This document shows, one piece after another, positions 46,485 through 56,987 of a stretch of 64,000 nt of DNA. The stretch's first letter is position 1; each line of letters starts with the position of its first letter. A program made the translations under genes and the position numbers. Below the pieces are notes generated by a model. The model ran no database searches and was not told the DNA's origin. It saw only the letters and a program-made list of their open reading frames with translations. The DNA comes from an uncultured Gemmatimonadaceae bacterium (GTDB lineage Bacteria > Gemmatimonadota > Gemmatimonadetes > Gemmatimonadales > Gemmatimonadaceae): contig CAVXGK010000002.1 in the NCBI GenBank assembly GCA_963761305.1, positions 160,001-224,000 of the forward strand, read 5' to 3'.

Positions 46485-49282
46485 TCAATCCGTCCGGAGG
46501 GCGACCACTGGATCTACGCTTGATGCGCGCCGTGCGGGAGCCCAACTCGCGCCAATCGTGGCCAAGCCCAGCAGGCCCACAATCACGCAGTATGTAATCG
46601 GGTCGGTCGGTGACACATCGAAGAGCAATTTCTGCAAGACACGCGTGCACGCGAGCGCACCGACGAGTCCCAGTATCACGCCCGCAGACGCGAACGACAC
46701 ACCGTCCGTCACTACCTGCCGACGGACAGTGCTCGGATCGGCACCCAGTGCCATGCGAATGCCGATCTCGCGCGTCCGCGCGGTCACGGCGAGTGCCATC
46801 ACGCCGTAGATCCCCACGATGGCAAGCGAGAGCGCGGTTGCGGCGAAGAGACCGAGTAGCACGGCGCTGAACCGTGCTTGGGCGGTGACACCCGCGGCAC
46901 GCGCGGTCATTGGTTGAATGTCGTAGACCGGAAGTTGTGGTGCCAATTCATGAATCGCGCGCCGGACATCCGCGGCGAGTGCGAGCGGATCGCCCGCGAC
47001 GCGGATGAAGATCATCATTCGCGAAATCGGGGACTGCGCGTAGGGGACGTAGACGTCCGGCTTCGCCAGCGAGTCGATGAACTGTCGCACATCGCCGACG
47101 ATGCCAATTACTTCCGCGGCGTCGCTCGCTTCGACTCCGACCGCAACGCGCTTGCCGAGCGGGTTCTCGCCCGGCCAATAGGTGCGGGCCGCGGCTTCGT
47201 TGATCAGCACTACTTTCGGCGTGCCAACTCGGTCCGTACTCGCAAACAAACGTCCGCGCTCGAGCGGAACATGCAACGTCGCAAACCAAGTTGGCGTCGC
47301 CCAACTCACGCGAGCGCTTGGTAGCCGGGCGGCATCAGCCTCGGAGCGATCGGGGAACTCGAGGCGCGTTCGGTAGCACCCCCCGCCGAGCGGCGGACAA
47401 CTATTGAGCGACGCGTTGACCACTCCGGGGAGCGCGCGCAGTCGATCGATCAATTCAGTATAGAACGCGGGCATCGAGTCTTCCGTCATCCCGCGCGGAG
47501 GAATTGTCAGGCGCACCGTGAGCACATGCTGCGGGTCAAAGCCGGGGTCTATCGTCACCAGCTTGGCGAAGCTGCGCATGAGGAGTCCCGACCCAACGAG
47601 CAGGATCATCGCCAGCGCAACCTCGACCACGACGAGAATGCCTCGCCCGCTGGCGCGGCGTTGCTGCACACGATTGTCGCCGGCGATGAGCTTCATCGCG
47701 TCCGCCAATGACGCCCTGGTCGCTTGCAGCGCCGGAACGAGCCCGAACACGAGACCCACGAGCAACGTGATCGATATACTGAACGCCAGCGTTGTCGAAT
47801 CGAGCCGGATCCCGGAGAAAGTCACCGCGCCCAGTGCTCTCAACGTCTCAATGCCCCTCGGAACCATCGTGTCCGGATCGATCGTGCTGAGTGCGCGAGT
47901 GCTGACCCAGGCTACCGCGACCCCCGCGATTCCCCCGAGCAGGGCGAGCAGCATGTTCTCCGTGAGCAGCATGCGGATGAGGCGCCACCGCGACGCGCCG
48001 AGCGCCACGCGCACGGCGATTTCGCGTCGTCGCGTGTTCGCGCGCCCCAGCAGAAGATTGGCCACGTTGACGCAGGCGATGAGCAGCACGCAGCCTACGG
48101 CGCCAAACGCCACAAGCAGCGATCGACGAATGAGAGGGGTCACGCGAACGTCGCTGAGCGGGCGGGCGGTCGCGCCCCACTTGCATTCCCGATATCGCGT
48201 CCGGGGAATGCGTCGCTCACGCGCGCGCCGAGCAGCTTGACTCCTGCGATCGCTGCCGACGCGCTGATGCCTGGCTTGCGCCGCGCCACCATATAGAACT
48301 CGTGCTGTTGCGCTGTTTCCTCGTCCAGATCTTCCGGCGGGCGGGTCGTGATTGGAATGAATACCTCCGCGTGCCCGGTGAGCCCCCGAAACCCCGCGGG
48401 CGCGATGCCCACGACGGCGTACGGGCTCACTCGACGATGAGCCGTGTCATCGTCGGGGCTGCTCCCAATCCAATCGCTTCGGTCGCGATCCAAGTCCACG
48501 GTCTTGCCGATGATGCTCGGCTCGGCGTCGAACCGCCGCTGCCACAGCGAGTACGAGATAATGACCTGGCGTTCGGCGCCCCCATGCGCGTCGATGCCCG
48601 GATCGAAATCGCGACCTCGCACGGGCGCGAGACCGAGCGTGCGGAGATAGCGCGCGCCGACGAACTCACCTTCAATCGGCTCGACGTCGCCGCTCGTGAT
48701 GGTGAAGCGTTGAGGCGTGTACAGCGAGAGGTCCGAGAATATGGATTGTGCGTCACGAAACACGGCGTACTTGGGATAGGACCACACCATGTCATCGCGG
48801 GCCTCGAGGCCGTGGCCCGCCGGCACGGTGAGCGAAACCGTCATGAGCTGGTCGGGCGCGCCATACGGCAGCCGGCGCAGCAAGAGCGCGTTCACCGCGC
48901 TGAAGATCGCCGTCGTCCCGCCGATGCCGAGGGCGAGCGTGAGTACGGCGACAGCGGTGAATCCGGGCCGACGAGCGAGTCCGAGCACGGCGTAGCCAAG
49001 ATCCTGTCCCAGCTCCGCAAGCCGTTCGGTGAATCCCGTCCGGCGGAGGCGGCGGATCCTTGCGCGATGGAATTCTTTGCGCATTTCGTCTGGATCGCCG
49101 AATCGACGCCGCGCTTCGGCGATCGCGTCCGCCTCGCTCATGCCAAGCGCGCGAAACTCGGCGATCCGCGCGTCCAAGTGGAACCGCCACTCGTCGTTGA
49201 GATCCCGGTCAATGAGCTTCGGGTTCCACGGCAGTCGGATGAGGCGGCGCACGCCGGGCGGGACCTTTGAGGACCGGAACAT
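46485..49282 (-). pseudogene. ADOP permease with a single frameshift near 48181
   Basis: ORFs 48140-49282 and 46485-48143 join into one permease if one base is restored (…GNA[K]WGATARPL…). Confidence 0.85.
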
Positions 49283-49376
49283 AGGCTGCCTCGCGTTCAG
49301 AGTCCGTTACTAGCGAGCGCGCTTCGAGCGGAATAGTTGCGTGAGCTAGCCGGAATGGCGGTGAGAGCGACCAGGC

Positions 49377-52121
49377 TTACTCCTCGCGTAGGCACCGAAT
49401 CGGATCGATCGATCGAGCACGGAGCGCCGGGATCATACTCGCGAACAGTGATGCGACGATGAGCACGCCACCCACCGCGCCGATCACTACTGGGTCACGC
49501 GCGTTCGTTTCAAAGAGCAGAGGCTCCACAAACCGCCCGGCGAGAAGGGCGAACGCGGCGCCGACAGCTGCGCCAAGCGCGGTGGTCACGACTGGGCCGC
49601 GGAGCATCAGCCTCACGATGTGCGCAGGGCGCGCGCCAAGGGCGATGCGCACGCCGACCTCGTGACGGCGTTGCTCGACCAGGTACGCCACGATGCTAAA
49701 CGTGCCGATTGCCGCGACCACCAACGCCATGACGGCGAAGAGAGAGAACATCATCGCACCGATGCGCCACGACCGCAGCTGCGGTTGGATCCGATCCTGA
49801 ATGGTCGTCGCCGTGACGAACGAAATTGTCGGGTCGATCTGACGGACCATTGCGCGGACCGCGGGGATGACAGCCACGCCGTCGCCACGCGGCCGCACGA
49901 TGAGGTCGGGATTCGTCAGCATGGCGAGCTGCCCGAGCGGCACGTAATAGTGCATGATCGGATCTTCCTTGATCGCACTCCGCCGCACGTCTCGAACGAC
50001 ACCGACGACCCGAGTTCTCGTTGCCGGCCCGCCACCGACAAGCATGTACTGTCCTACAGGATTGACATTGGGCCACAGTACACGCGCCATCGTTTCACTC
50101 ACGACCGCAACGGGCTCGCTCCCAGGGCCATCGAGCGGACTTAATACGCGGCCGCGCACGAGCCGGGTCCCGATTGTCGCGAAGTAGTCCGGCGAGACCG
50201 CGCTCACATCGGGGTCGCCAAACCCGCCCGTGAGCCGCGGCAGCGAATCGCGCCCGGGCAACGAGAGGGTGACGGAATAGGTATTGAGGAACGGCATTCC
50301 GACCGCCGCAGCGGCATGTTCAACGACCGGAGACGTAGTCAGCCGCTCGAGCGCCGCACGCGCGAAATTCTCCCGCCGCTGCTGCTCCCGCGTTCGCTCG
50401 TCTTGAGACATCTGTGGCGGCATCACCGGCCAGCGCGGTCGCACAACGAGCACGCGATCGGCATCGAGCCCAATATCGACGTGGCGCACATGCTCAAGGC
50501 TGCGGACGAAGAGTCCGGCACCGATGAGCAGTACCATCGCGAGTGCGGCTTGCGTTGCCATCAGCACCGTGCGCGTGAGCGACCGACCGGTTCCCCCTTC
50601 CCGGGCGCCAGTTTTGAGGGCCGTGGTGACGTCCGTTCGGCCCGCCCGCGCCGCGGGCAGGATGCCGATTGATACGCCAGTTACCATGGCGACCACGAGC
50701 GAGAAGGCAAGCACGCGCGAATCGACAGGCCCGGACGTCCAGTCCACGTTGGGCAGGAGAACGCGCCTCACCAGATTCCCCGATAACACGGCGACCAAGA
50801 GTCCGGCGGCAGCGCCCGTCGCCGACAGCAGAAGGCTGCTCGCGAGCAACAGCTGGAGTAATCGAACGCGGTCTGCACCCAGTGCGACACGCACCGCGAT
50901 CTCGCGCCGCCGGCGCACCGCGCGCGCCAGCAGCAGATTCACAATGTTGGCGCATGCAATGAGCAGAACGACCGCCGCCACGCCGATCAGCCATCGCGCG
51001 ATGTTCGCTTCGGTCGACTCTGTTCCGTCAACGCCAAAGTGGAGCGGCGCAGCGGTGATGGTTGCTTCCGCATAGTTCCGTTCACGGCCGTCGTAGGTGC
51101 GACGGTACGCGGCCGTCGCGTCCCGCGAGGCATCGGCCAAGCTGAGACCTGGTCGCAAACGGCCGACAATCGTGGGGCCGGCTGAATAGCCAGGACCCCA
51201 ATGTCGGGCATCCGCCTCAGTCTTGACGGCGAGCGGAAACCAGATGTCGACTCGGTCCAACTCGGCGCCCGTGAATCCCTCCGGTGCGACGCCGACGATC
51301 GTGAACGGACGCAGTGAAATGGTAACGGTGCGACCGAGGATCCGGCGATCACCGCCGAAGTCGTTTTGCCAAAGTCCGTAGCCGATCACGGCAATCGCGG
51401 GCGCGACGTCGCTCTCCTGCTCGTCGCGCGTAAAGAAGCGGCCGAGGACTGGCTGCGCGCCGAGCACGGACATGAAGTTGGCCGTCGCCGCCGCGGACGA
51501 TACGAGCCTCGCGTTAGGGCCGGAGCCGAGGAGCGTGGTGCTGGAAGCTACGGTAGACATCGCAATGCCCGAGAATCCGCGCGACTCGGCGAGCAGGTTC
51601 ACATATACGCGCTTGTCAAAAGCGGCACTCGTCTGGAGCTCGCCCGCTGGTTGCCGAATGGTCCAGTACAAACGCGCGACGCGTGCGGGCTGCAGGACGT
51701 GGGCGGGACCGCGAAACAGCAACTTGTCCACGATGCCGAACATCGCGGCGTTCGCGCCGATTCCCAGCGCAAGCGTCAGCACGGCGAACGCAAAGAAGAG
51801 CGGTTCCCGGATAAACCCTCGCACGGTGTAGCGGATGTCCTGCCACAGATCCCGCGCCCACTCGATCACACGCCGCCGCCGTACTCGCCGCTCCTGCGCG
51901 CGGACGAAGTCGTGGCGCAACGCGGCGAGATCGCCGAATTGCCGCTGCGCTTCCGCGATCGCGTCGGCCTCGCTCATGCCGAGGGCTCGAAGGTCCGCGG
52001 CTCGGGCCTCGAGGTGAAACCGCCACTCGTCGTTCAGGTCCTGTTCGACGCGAGCTCGGCTCCACGGCAACCGAACGATGAGCCGAACGCCTGGCGGAAC
52101 CTTTCGCGCGAAGAAGGGCAT
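49377..52121 (-). CDS. Duplicated orphan ABC permease (ADOP) with prefix domain
   Basis: DEWRFHL...FGD prefix, LALGIGAN, IACANI-x-NLLL, two FtsX domains. Confidence 0.92.
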   Translation of the reverse strand: MPFFARKVPPGVRLIVRLPWSRARVEQDLNDEWRFHLEARAADLRALGMSEADAIAEAQRQFGDLAALRHDFVRAQERRVRRRRVIEWARDLWQDIRYTVRGFIREPLFFAFAVLTLALGIGANAAMFGIVDKLLFRGPAHVLQPARVARLYWTIRQPAGELQTSAAFDKRVYVNLLAESRGFSGIAMSTVASSTTLLGSGPNARLVSSAAATANFMSVLGAQPVLGRFFTRDEQESDVAPAIAVIGYGLWQNDFGGDRRILGRTVTISLRPFTIVGVAPEGFTGAELDRVDIWFPLAVKTEADARHWGPGYSAGPTIVGRLRPGLSLADASRDATAAYRRTYDGRERNYAEATITAAPLHFGVDGTESTEANIARWLIGVAAVVLLIACANIVNLLLARAVRRRREIAVRVALGADRVRLLQLLLASSLLLSATGAAAGLLVAVLSGNLVRRVLLPNVDWTSGPVDSRVLAFSLVVAMVTGVSIGILPAARAGRTDVTTALKTGAREGGTGRSLTRTVLMATQAALAMVLLIGAGLFVRSLEHVRHVDIGLDADRVLVVRPRWPVMPPQMSQDERTREQQRRENFARAALERLTTSPVVEHAAAAVGMPFLNTYSVTLSLPGRDSLPRLTGGFGDPDVSAVSPDYFATIGTRLVRGRVLSPLDGPGSEPVAVVSETMARVLWPNVNPVGQYMLVGGGPATRTRVVGVVRDVRRSAIKEDPIMHYYVPLGQLAMLTNPDLIVRPRGDGVAVIPAVRAMVRQIDPTISFVTATTIQDRIQPQLRSWRIGAMMFSLFAVMALVVAAIGTFSIVAYLVEQRRHEVGVRIALGARPAHIVRLMLRGPVVTTALGAAVGAAFALLAGRFVEPLLFETNARDPVVIGAVGGVLIVASLFASMIPALRARSIDPIRCLREE

Positions 52122-52124
52122 CGC

Positions 52125-52463
52125 TCACGCCTCGTCGGGCTCGAGCACGCCCGAGACTGCGGCGACGAACCGTTTCCACGTCGCCGTCTCGGCGCGCAGC
52201 ATCTTCCGTCCGCGCGCAGTGAGCGAGTAGTACTTGGCGCGGCGGTTGTTGTCAGACACGCCCCACGCTGTATCGATCGCGCCGGCATCCTCGAGACGTT
52301 GCAGCGCCTTGTAGAGCGCCGAGTCGAGGATGTCGAGCTCGTGGCGTGTGCGCTCTTCGATGGACTTGGTGATGCCGTAGCCGTGCATCGGCCCGGCCGC
52401 GAGCGTTCTGAGCACGAGCACGTCGAGTGTGCCGTGGAGCAGACTATTGGTCTCGCGGGTCAT
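52125..52463 (-). CDS. PadR-family regulator (acidobacterial type)
   Basis: GTLD-x-LVL, MHGYGI, LY-x-AL-x-RLE, NNRRAKYY-x-LT. Confidence 0.94.
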   Translation of the reverse strand: MTRETNSLLHGTLDVLVLRTLAAGPMHGYGITKSIEERTRHELDILDSALYKALQRLEDAGAIDTAWGVSDNNRRAKYYSLTARGRKMLRAETATWKRFVAAVSGVLEPDEA

Positions 52464-52471
52464 CTGTCCGA

Positions 52472-52522
52472 CTCCCCTCACTAGGTGGGGAGAATGTGCG
52501 TCCGGAGTGCGCGCGCTGTCAA
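52472..52522 (-). promoter_or_regulatory. padR promoter and operator
   Basis: Minus-strand TTGACA-N18-CACATT followed by the inverted repeat CTCCCC-N9-GGGGAG. Confidence 0.55.
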
Positions 52523-52552
52523 GCCGAACCGGTGCGCCGCGAGACTACTGGG

Positions 52553-52960
52553 TCAAATCTTTCGGAGCTCCACAATTGGATCGACTCGTGTTGCGCGGCG
52601 AGCGGGGATGATGCAGGCCAGCAGAGCAAAAACCGCGAGCAGCGCGGCGGAGGCGGCGAATACTCGGGGATCGGTCGCACTGGTCTGAAATAGCGCCGAT
52701 TGCAGCGCCCGAGTGAGGGCGAGGGATCCAGCGAGGCCCGCGATTACCCCGCCGAGTGCGAGCAGCGCACCGCGACGTAAAACGAGACCGACCATGTCGC
52801 CCGGTTGGGCACCGAGCGCCAGTCTGATCGCGAGTTCCCGCGTGCGCTCGGCGACCGAGTACGCGAGCATTCTGTACGCACCCACGGCGGCCAGCACCCT
52901 GGCCAGGAGCGAGAACGTGGCGATGAGGTGCGTTTGGAAAAGCGGCTGCGCGAGTTCCGT
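52553..52960 (-). pseudogene. C-terminal FtsX fragment of an ADOP permease
   Basis: YSV-x-ERTRE-x-AIR-x-ALGA and IPARRATRVDP are present; the first ~700 aa are missing. Confidence 0.8.
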
Positions 52961-53037
52961 TGCCACCAGGGCGGGCAGCGGCGAGAGAATTACGCGCGTT
53001 ACGCGCACCATCGATGCCGCCGGGAATCGCTGTGCGA

Positions 53038-54305
53038 TCAACTGTGCCGCGCGACGATTACCGCGATCGCGAGCGCCGGCGGGAGGGCGAGAGCGATGAT
53101 CGGGAGGTTGGCCTGTCCCGACAGGCCAACCAGATGTGCGACAAGCGCCATGACGCTCACCGTCACCGCCGCCGTGCACACGAGGCGTGTGGGTCGCACG
53201 GCTTTACGCGACCAGACGAACATGGGCAGGAGCACGACGAGAACGAGCCAGAGCGGATTGAAGAGCATGAGATTCTCGTTGCCATGCGCCATGACGTGGT
53301 TGGTGACCGACCAGAGCAGTGTGAGTACCACGCCCAACAAACCGGCGACGAGCGCCCAGAGCCCGAGGAGCGTCGCCGTTATGCCGCGGATCCACGGAGT
53401 GTCTTTCGTGGACGCCGCGGCGAGGCAGAGCAGGAGAATCGCGAATGCGCAGCCCGCGATCCCGAGTTTGACGCCGAGCTTTGGCGGCCTGTCAGGCTCG
53501 GGGCCCCGCGTCGATGGGAAAAGAACGCGCTCGCTTTTCACGAGGGGTCGAGCACCGGTCGGCGAATCGAGGTGCGCCCCTGCGATGTAGTCGTGCAGCT
53601 GTCGCGGGAGGAACATTTCATCCCACACGGAGATCGGGCGATCGGCCGGCAGTCCCAGGGCAATATCGACGCCGAGCATCGTCCAGACGCTGCCCTGCAT
53701 GAGGCGCAGCGTGTGCCATCTATAGGTCGTGCCTCTCCGGTGGCTCGCGTCCGAGAACAGCCTACCTCCGAGCGCGCGGTCGAAGATGTCGCGAATGCGT
53801 GTCGAGCAATTGTCTCGAAAGTCGTCGTACAGGTAATTCACGTCTCGGGGCGCGCGTTGGTGCGGATGGCGGCGAGGATCGCTTCCTTTTGCTCGGTCGT
53901 GAGATCCAGCTCCTGCGCCAGCACCGTGCGATCCCAGTAGCGGTACTCGAGGAGGATCTTTTCCATCGAATCCCCACCCATCGAGTACAGCCGGTTGCCC
54001 TTGAGATATCGCTGAAGAAAGTGCGGCTGCCGGAAGTCGAACACGCCCCAGTTGAACACCGTGTCGCGCGACGTGAGGTTGTCGTGAATCCAGATCGCAC
54101 TGTGACCGAACAACTCCCAAACGCGCTCGCCGTTTCCCATGGTGAGCAGCGAAATCGTCACGTTCGCGCCGTTCTCGTGGAGCGCGTCGGGTGCGATGAG
54201 CGGCGCGTTAGGGGCTGGAACACCCGCTTGGCCCGCGCCCGGGCGGGCGACGAGAACGAACGCCGCGACGGCGGCGTACAGCGAGCGGCGGAGCCCCTCG
54301 GACAT
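53038..54305 (-). pseudogene. DUF4105/Lnb-like (lipoprotein N-acyltransferase-like) gene with a frameshift near 53843
   Basis: FGHSAI, FNWGVFDF, Q-x-L-x-LT, DNCSTR and C-terminal TM segments. One missing base restores NARPENVNYLYD. Confidence 0.8.
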
Positions 54306-54650
54306 CGACAAGAAACTAGCGGTTGCTTCACTCAGGGAAGCGTCCGCAGCCGATGACGAATTGTCGCGGATGGATTAAAATCCTCGGCGGGATGGGAGCG
54401 CGAGCTTGGCCGTAATCATGGACGTTTCGTAGCCGCACATCGCGCGTCGACAATCTCTCGAACGCGCTCGTACACGCCAGCCCGCCGTAATTCCTCGATC
54501 GGGACGTATAGGCGCGGCCCGCGCCACGGCCGCACGAGCAGAAAACCGTTCGTCTCTAAGCCGTTGAACACGTTAGACCCAACACCTGATAGAAGCGCGC
54601 CCAAAAGGCTTTATCCCCGACGAAGCACTCGACCGCGACCGGGTGCTCCT

Positions 54651-55625
54651 TCAGGACACCGCGGTCAAGGATGCTGGGTAAGACAAGTCCACGCCGGAGA
54701 CACTGACGACGGCCTGCCACGCGGCTTCCTGGTTGGCGCGATCGTGAAGGTGCGGGTGACGCATCGCCTCAATTGGGCCCGTGAGCTTCTTCGGCGCCGA
54801 GGCGAAGAATTGCCCTGAGACGTCGGTTCCGAACGTCGATGCCTGGAGATACCGACGGGCTGCAGTCTCAGGAGTGTGAGACATGCCGGGGATGAGTTTC
54901 GTCAGCGGAATCAACAGCCACTTCGTGGCCGGGCCAGCGTTACGCACCGCATTGGTGCTGGGGGCGGCACCGGGCGAGACGGCGAATACGGCCATGCCGG
55001 TGGGTAGCCGGCGAGCCAGTGCAGCGGCCCACCAGGCGACGAGAAGCTTCGCATCCGCGAACGCCCGGTTTGGCTGGTACTTCACGTTCGGCCCGCTACG
55101 CAACAGGGCTTCCACAGCAGCGGTTCGGTCACCCTGGTAGTATTTGGCCGCGAAGGCCGCTACATCGGTGAAGCTGAACAAGGGTACGTCGCCTCGGGCA
55201 GCTTCCGAGCTGGCGATAACAATCCGCGCGTTTGGGCTCAACAGGTTGGCGCGGAGCAATCCGACAGTCAGTTGATGATGGCCGATGAGCGGGGCCTCAG
55301 ACACCTCGATGCCCGCCGGGGTGAGCACGAGCTCCTTACGTCCCATGATTCCTGCATTGAGCAGTAGGAAATCGACCCGCCGACCTCGCTTGACGAGTTC
55401 GGCGAGGACGGACTGAACGCTGGACAGTGTGTCCAGCTCCAGCTCCAGCGGCGTGAAGACCTGTGTCTTGGTCTCAGCCGCGAGTTGAGCGGCCGTTTTC
55501 TGGACGCGGGCCAGGCTGCGCCCGGTGACGATGATCTCGCGCCAGCCCTCTCCGGCAAGAGTGCGGGCTGCCGCATAACCGAGCCCGGAGGTGGTGCCGG
55601 TGACGAGCGCCATCGAATGTTCCAT
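54651..55625 (-). CDS. SDR-family oxidoreductase (atypical active site)
   Basis: TG-x2-SGLG, LNAG, GH-x2-LT, SSEAA, SPG. The YxxxK position reads FADAK. Confidence 0.88.
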   Translation of the reverse strand: MEHSMALVTGTTSGLGYAAARTLAGEGWREIIVTGRSLARVQKTAAQLAAETKTQVFTPLELELDTLSSVQSVLAELVKRGRRVDFLLLNAGIMGRKELVLTPAGIEVSEAPLIGHHQLTVGLLRANLLSPNARIVIASSEAARGDVPLFSFTDVAAFAAKYYQGDRTAAVEALLRSGPNVKYQPNRAFADAKLLVAWWAAALARRLPTGMAVFAVSPGAAPSTNAVRNAGPATKWLLIPLTKLIPGMSHTPETAARRYLQASTFGTDVSGQFFASAPKKLTGPIEAMRHPHLHDRANQEAAWQAVVSVSGVDLSYPASLTAVS

Positions 55626-55695
55626 GGGCGTCTTCGTGGTGAAGGGTGAGGGCCGAGTCGTGAGGCCCCGCGAGGCCAGAGCAGGCTTGGTAATT

Positions 55696-55763
55696 TCGAA
55701 CTATTCAGTTATATATTGGTTCGATGACCATTGTCAATGAGTTTTGAACCAAATGATTCAAAA
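55696..55763. promoter_or_regulatory. Divergent AT-rich promoter with putative TetR operator
   Basis: TTTTGAA-N8-TTCAAAA palindrome over the TetR start, plus a TCGAAC…GTTCGA repeat. Confidence 0.55.
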
Positions 55764-56373
55764 TACCGCTAGGCCACGGGGTCGACCGCGCAGCTTCGAC
55801 GAGACGGGGGCGCTGGAAAAGGCGACTCAGGTGTTCTGGTCGAAAGGCTACGACGGAGTGACGATTGACGATCTCGTCGCCGGGATGGGTGTGGGACGGC
55901 CGAGCCTGTATGCCGTCTTTGGCGACAAGCGGGCGATATTCTTGCGCGTCCTTAGGGCGTACGCAGAACGGAAGGGCGCATCAGCCGCGAAGGCACTCCT
56001 CTCGCCACAGGGTCTTCGCGACTCGATCGCGGGCTTTCTGAGGTACGCCGTCGAGAGTGCGACCGAGAAACGGTCCGCCCGGGGCTGCCTTCTGGTGTGC
56101 GTCGCGCCGCTTGTGAACGACGCTGAGGTTCAGCGGTTCCTGCAGAGCACGGTCGCGGACGGCGCGGCGCTGGTGAAGCGCCGTTTCCGGGACGGGATCT
56201 CTGTGGGAGACATCCCGCCTGACTTTCCGGTGGCCGTGCGCGCGATCCAACTCACGGATTTTGCTCGTGGCCTGACCATGCGTGCGCGGATAGGCACGCC
56301 GCGCAAGACGCTCCTCAAAGATGCTGAGGAAGCGGCCGACTTGGTGCTCCTGCCGCGGCGCGATAACCGTTGA
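55753..56373 (+). CDS. TetR/AcrR-family regulator (NemR-like)
   Basis: RGRPR-x-FD, FW-x-KGY, SLYA-x-FGDK, GCL motif. Divergent from the SDR gene. Confidence 0.93.
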   Translation: MIQNTARPRGRPRSFDETGALEKATQVFWSKGYDGVTIDDLVAGMGVGRPSLYAVFGDKRAIFLRVLRAYAERKGASAAKALLSPQGLRDSIAGFLRYAVESATEKRSARGCLLVCVAPLVNDAEVQRFLQSTVADGAALVKRRFRDGISVGDIPPDFPVAVRAIQLTDFARGLTMRARIGTPRKTLLKDAEEAADLVLLPRRDNR

Positions 56374-56404
56374 CCGCCCCGGCCCCGATGCTAGGCTGCG
56401 TTGC
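56364..56404 (+). promoter_or_regulatory. Leaderless-type promoter
   Basis: TTGACC-N16-TAGGCT-N7-ATG with an extended -10 TG. The -35 overlaps the TetR stop codon. Confidence 0.6.
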
Positions 56405-56770
56405 ATGGAGCCCGAGTTCGCTGACTACGAAATTGCGCAGTTCGTGATCCCGCGTCGCGCGTTCGCGGCAATCAACGCTGCGGCGATTGAGGAACAAGCG
56501 CGCGCTGACGGGATTGAGCGTCCACGCATCGAGGCCAACACGCGCCACGCGGGCGGCAACAATGTCCGACTGACAACGCGCGTGGTGATGGCTCGACGAA
56601 TCGTCGAGGCGATCGAAGCGGCGACACAGTTCGCAGAACGACGCGGCGACGTTGCGATGGTTGCGGACTTGGAGATCGCTCTAGCCACCGCACTCAAGGG
56701 CATCGATCAGGCGAGGAGTCGCATCGACACGCGGCCGCCGATGGGCGATACGGGATACCTCGGCGCGTAG
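56405..56770 (+). CDS. Hypothetical 121-aa protein, paralog of 46052-46417
   Basis: Motif-level similarity and identical length. Confidence 0.75.
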   Translation: MEPEFADYEIAQFVIPRRAFAAINAAAIEEQARADGIERPRIEANTRHAGGNNVRLTTRVVMARRIVEAIEAATQFAERRGDVAMVADLEIALATALKGIDQARSRIDTRPPMGDTGYLGA

Positions 56771-56987
56771 CCGCGTCACGGCGAAGGTGCCTGATGCTCT
56801 CTTGACGCGCCGTTCGAGAGCCCTCGACGTCGACGCGATCGTCGAAGCTGCGCGAGCTGCCGACGATACCCAGCTGCTCTCCGCGTGCTCGGAGCCCGCC
56901 GAAACGCCGTTTCGCGATCTAGCACGAGGCACTCAAGCCGGACGGCATCGGATCGCCCCGCTCCTTAGCCTCGGCCCGAAACACCGA

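Noticed and set aside
48170..48190. Programmed ribosomal frameshift in the permease or DUF4105 genes
   Set aside because: No slippery heptamer; a single-base loss in a decaying region, or an assembly error, is the simpler explanation.
54416..54604. 62-aa ORF, and ORFs at 34801-35055 and 60813-61367
   Set aside because: Possibly gene remnants or small genes, but with no recognisable motif or convincing start.
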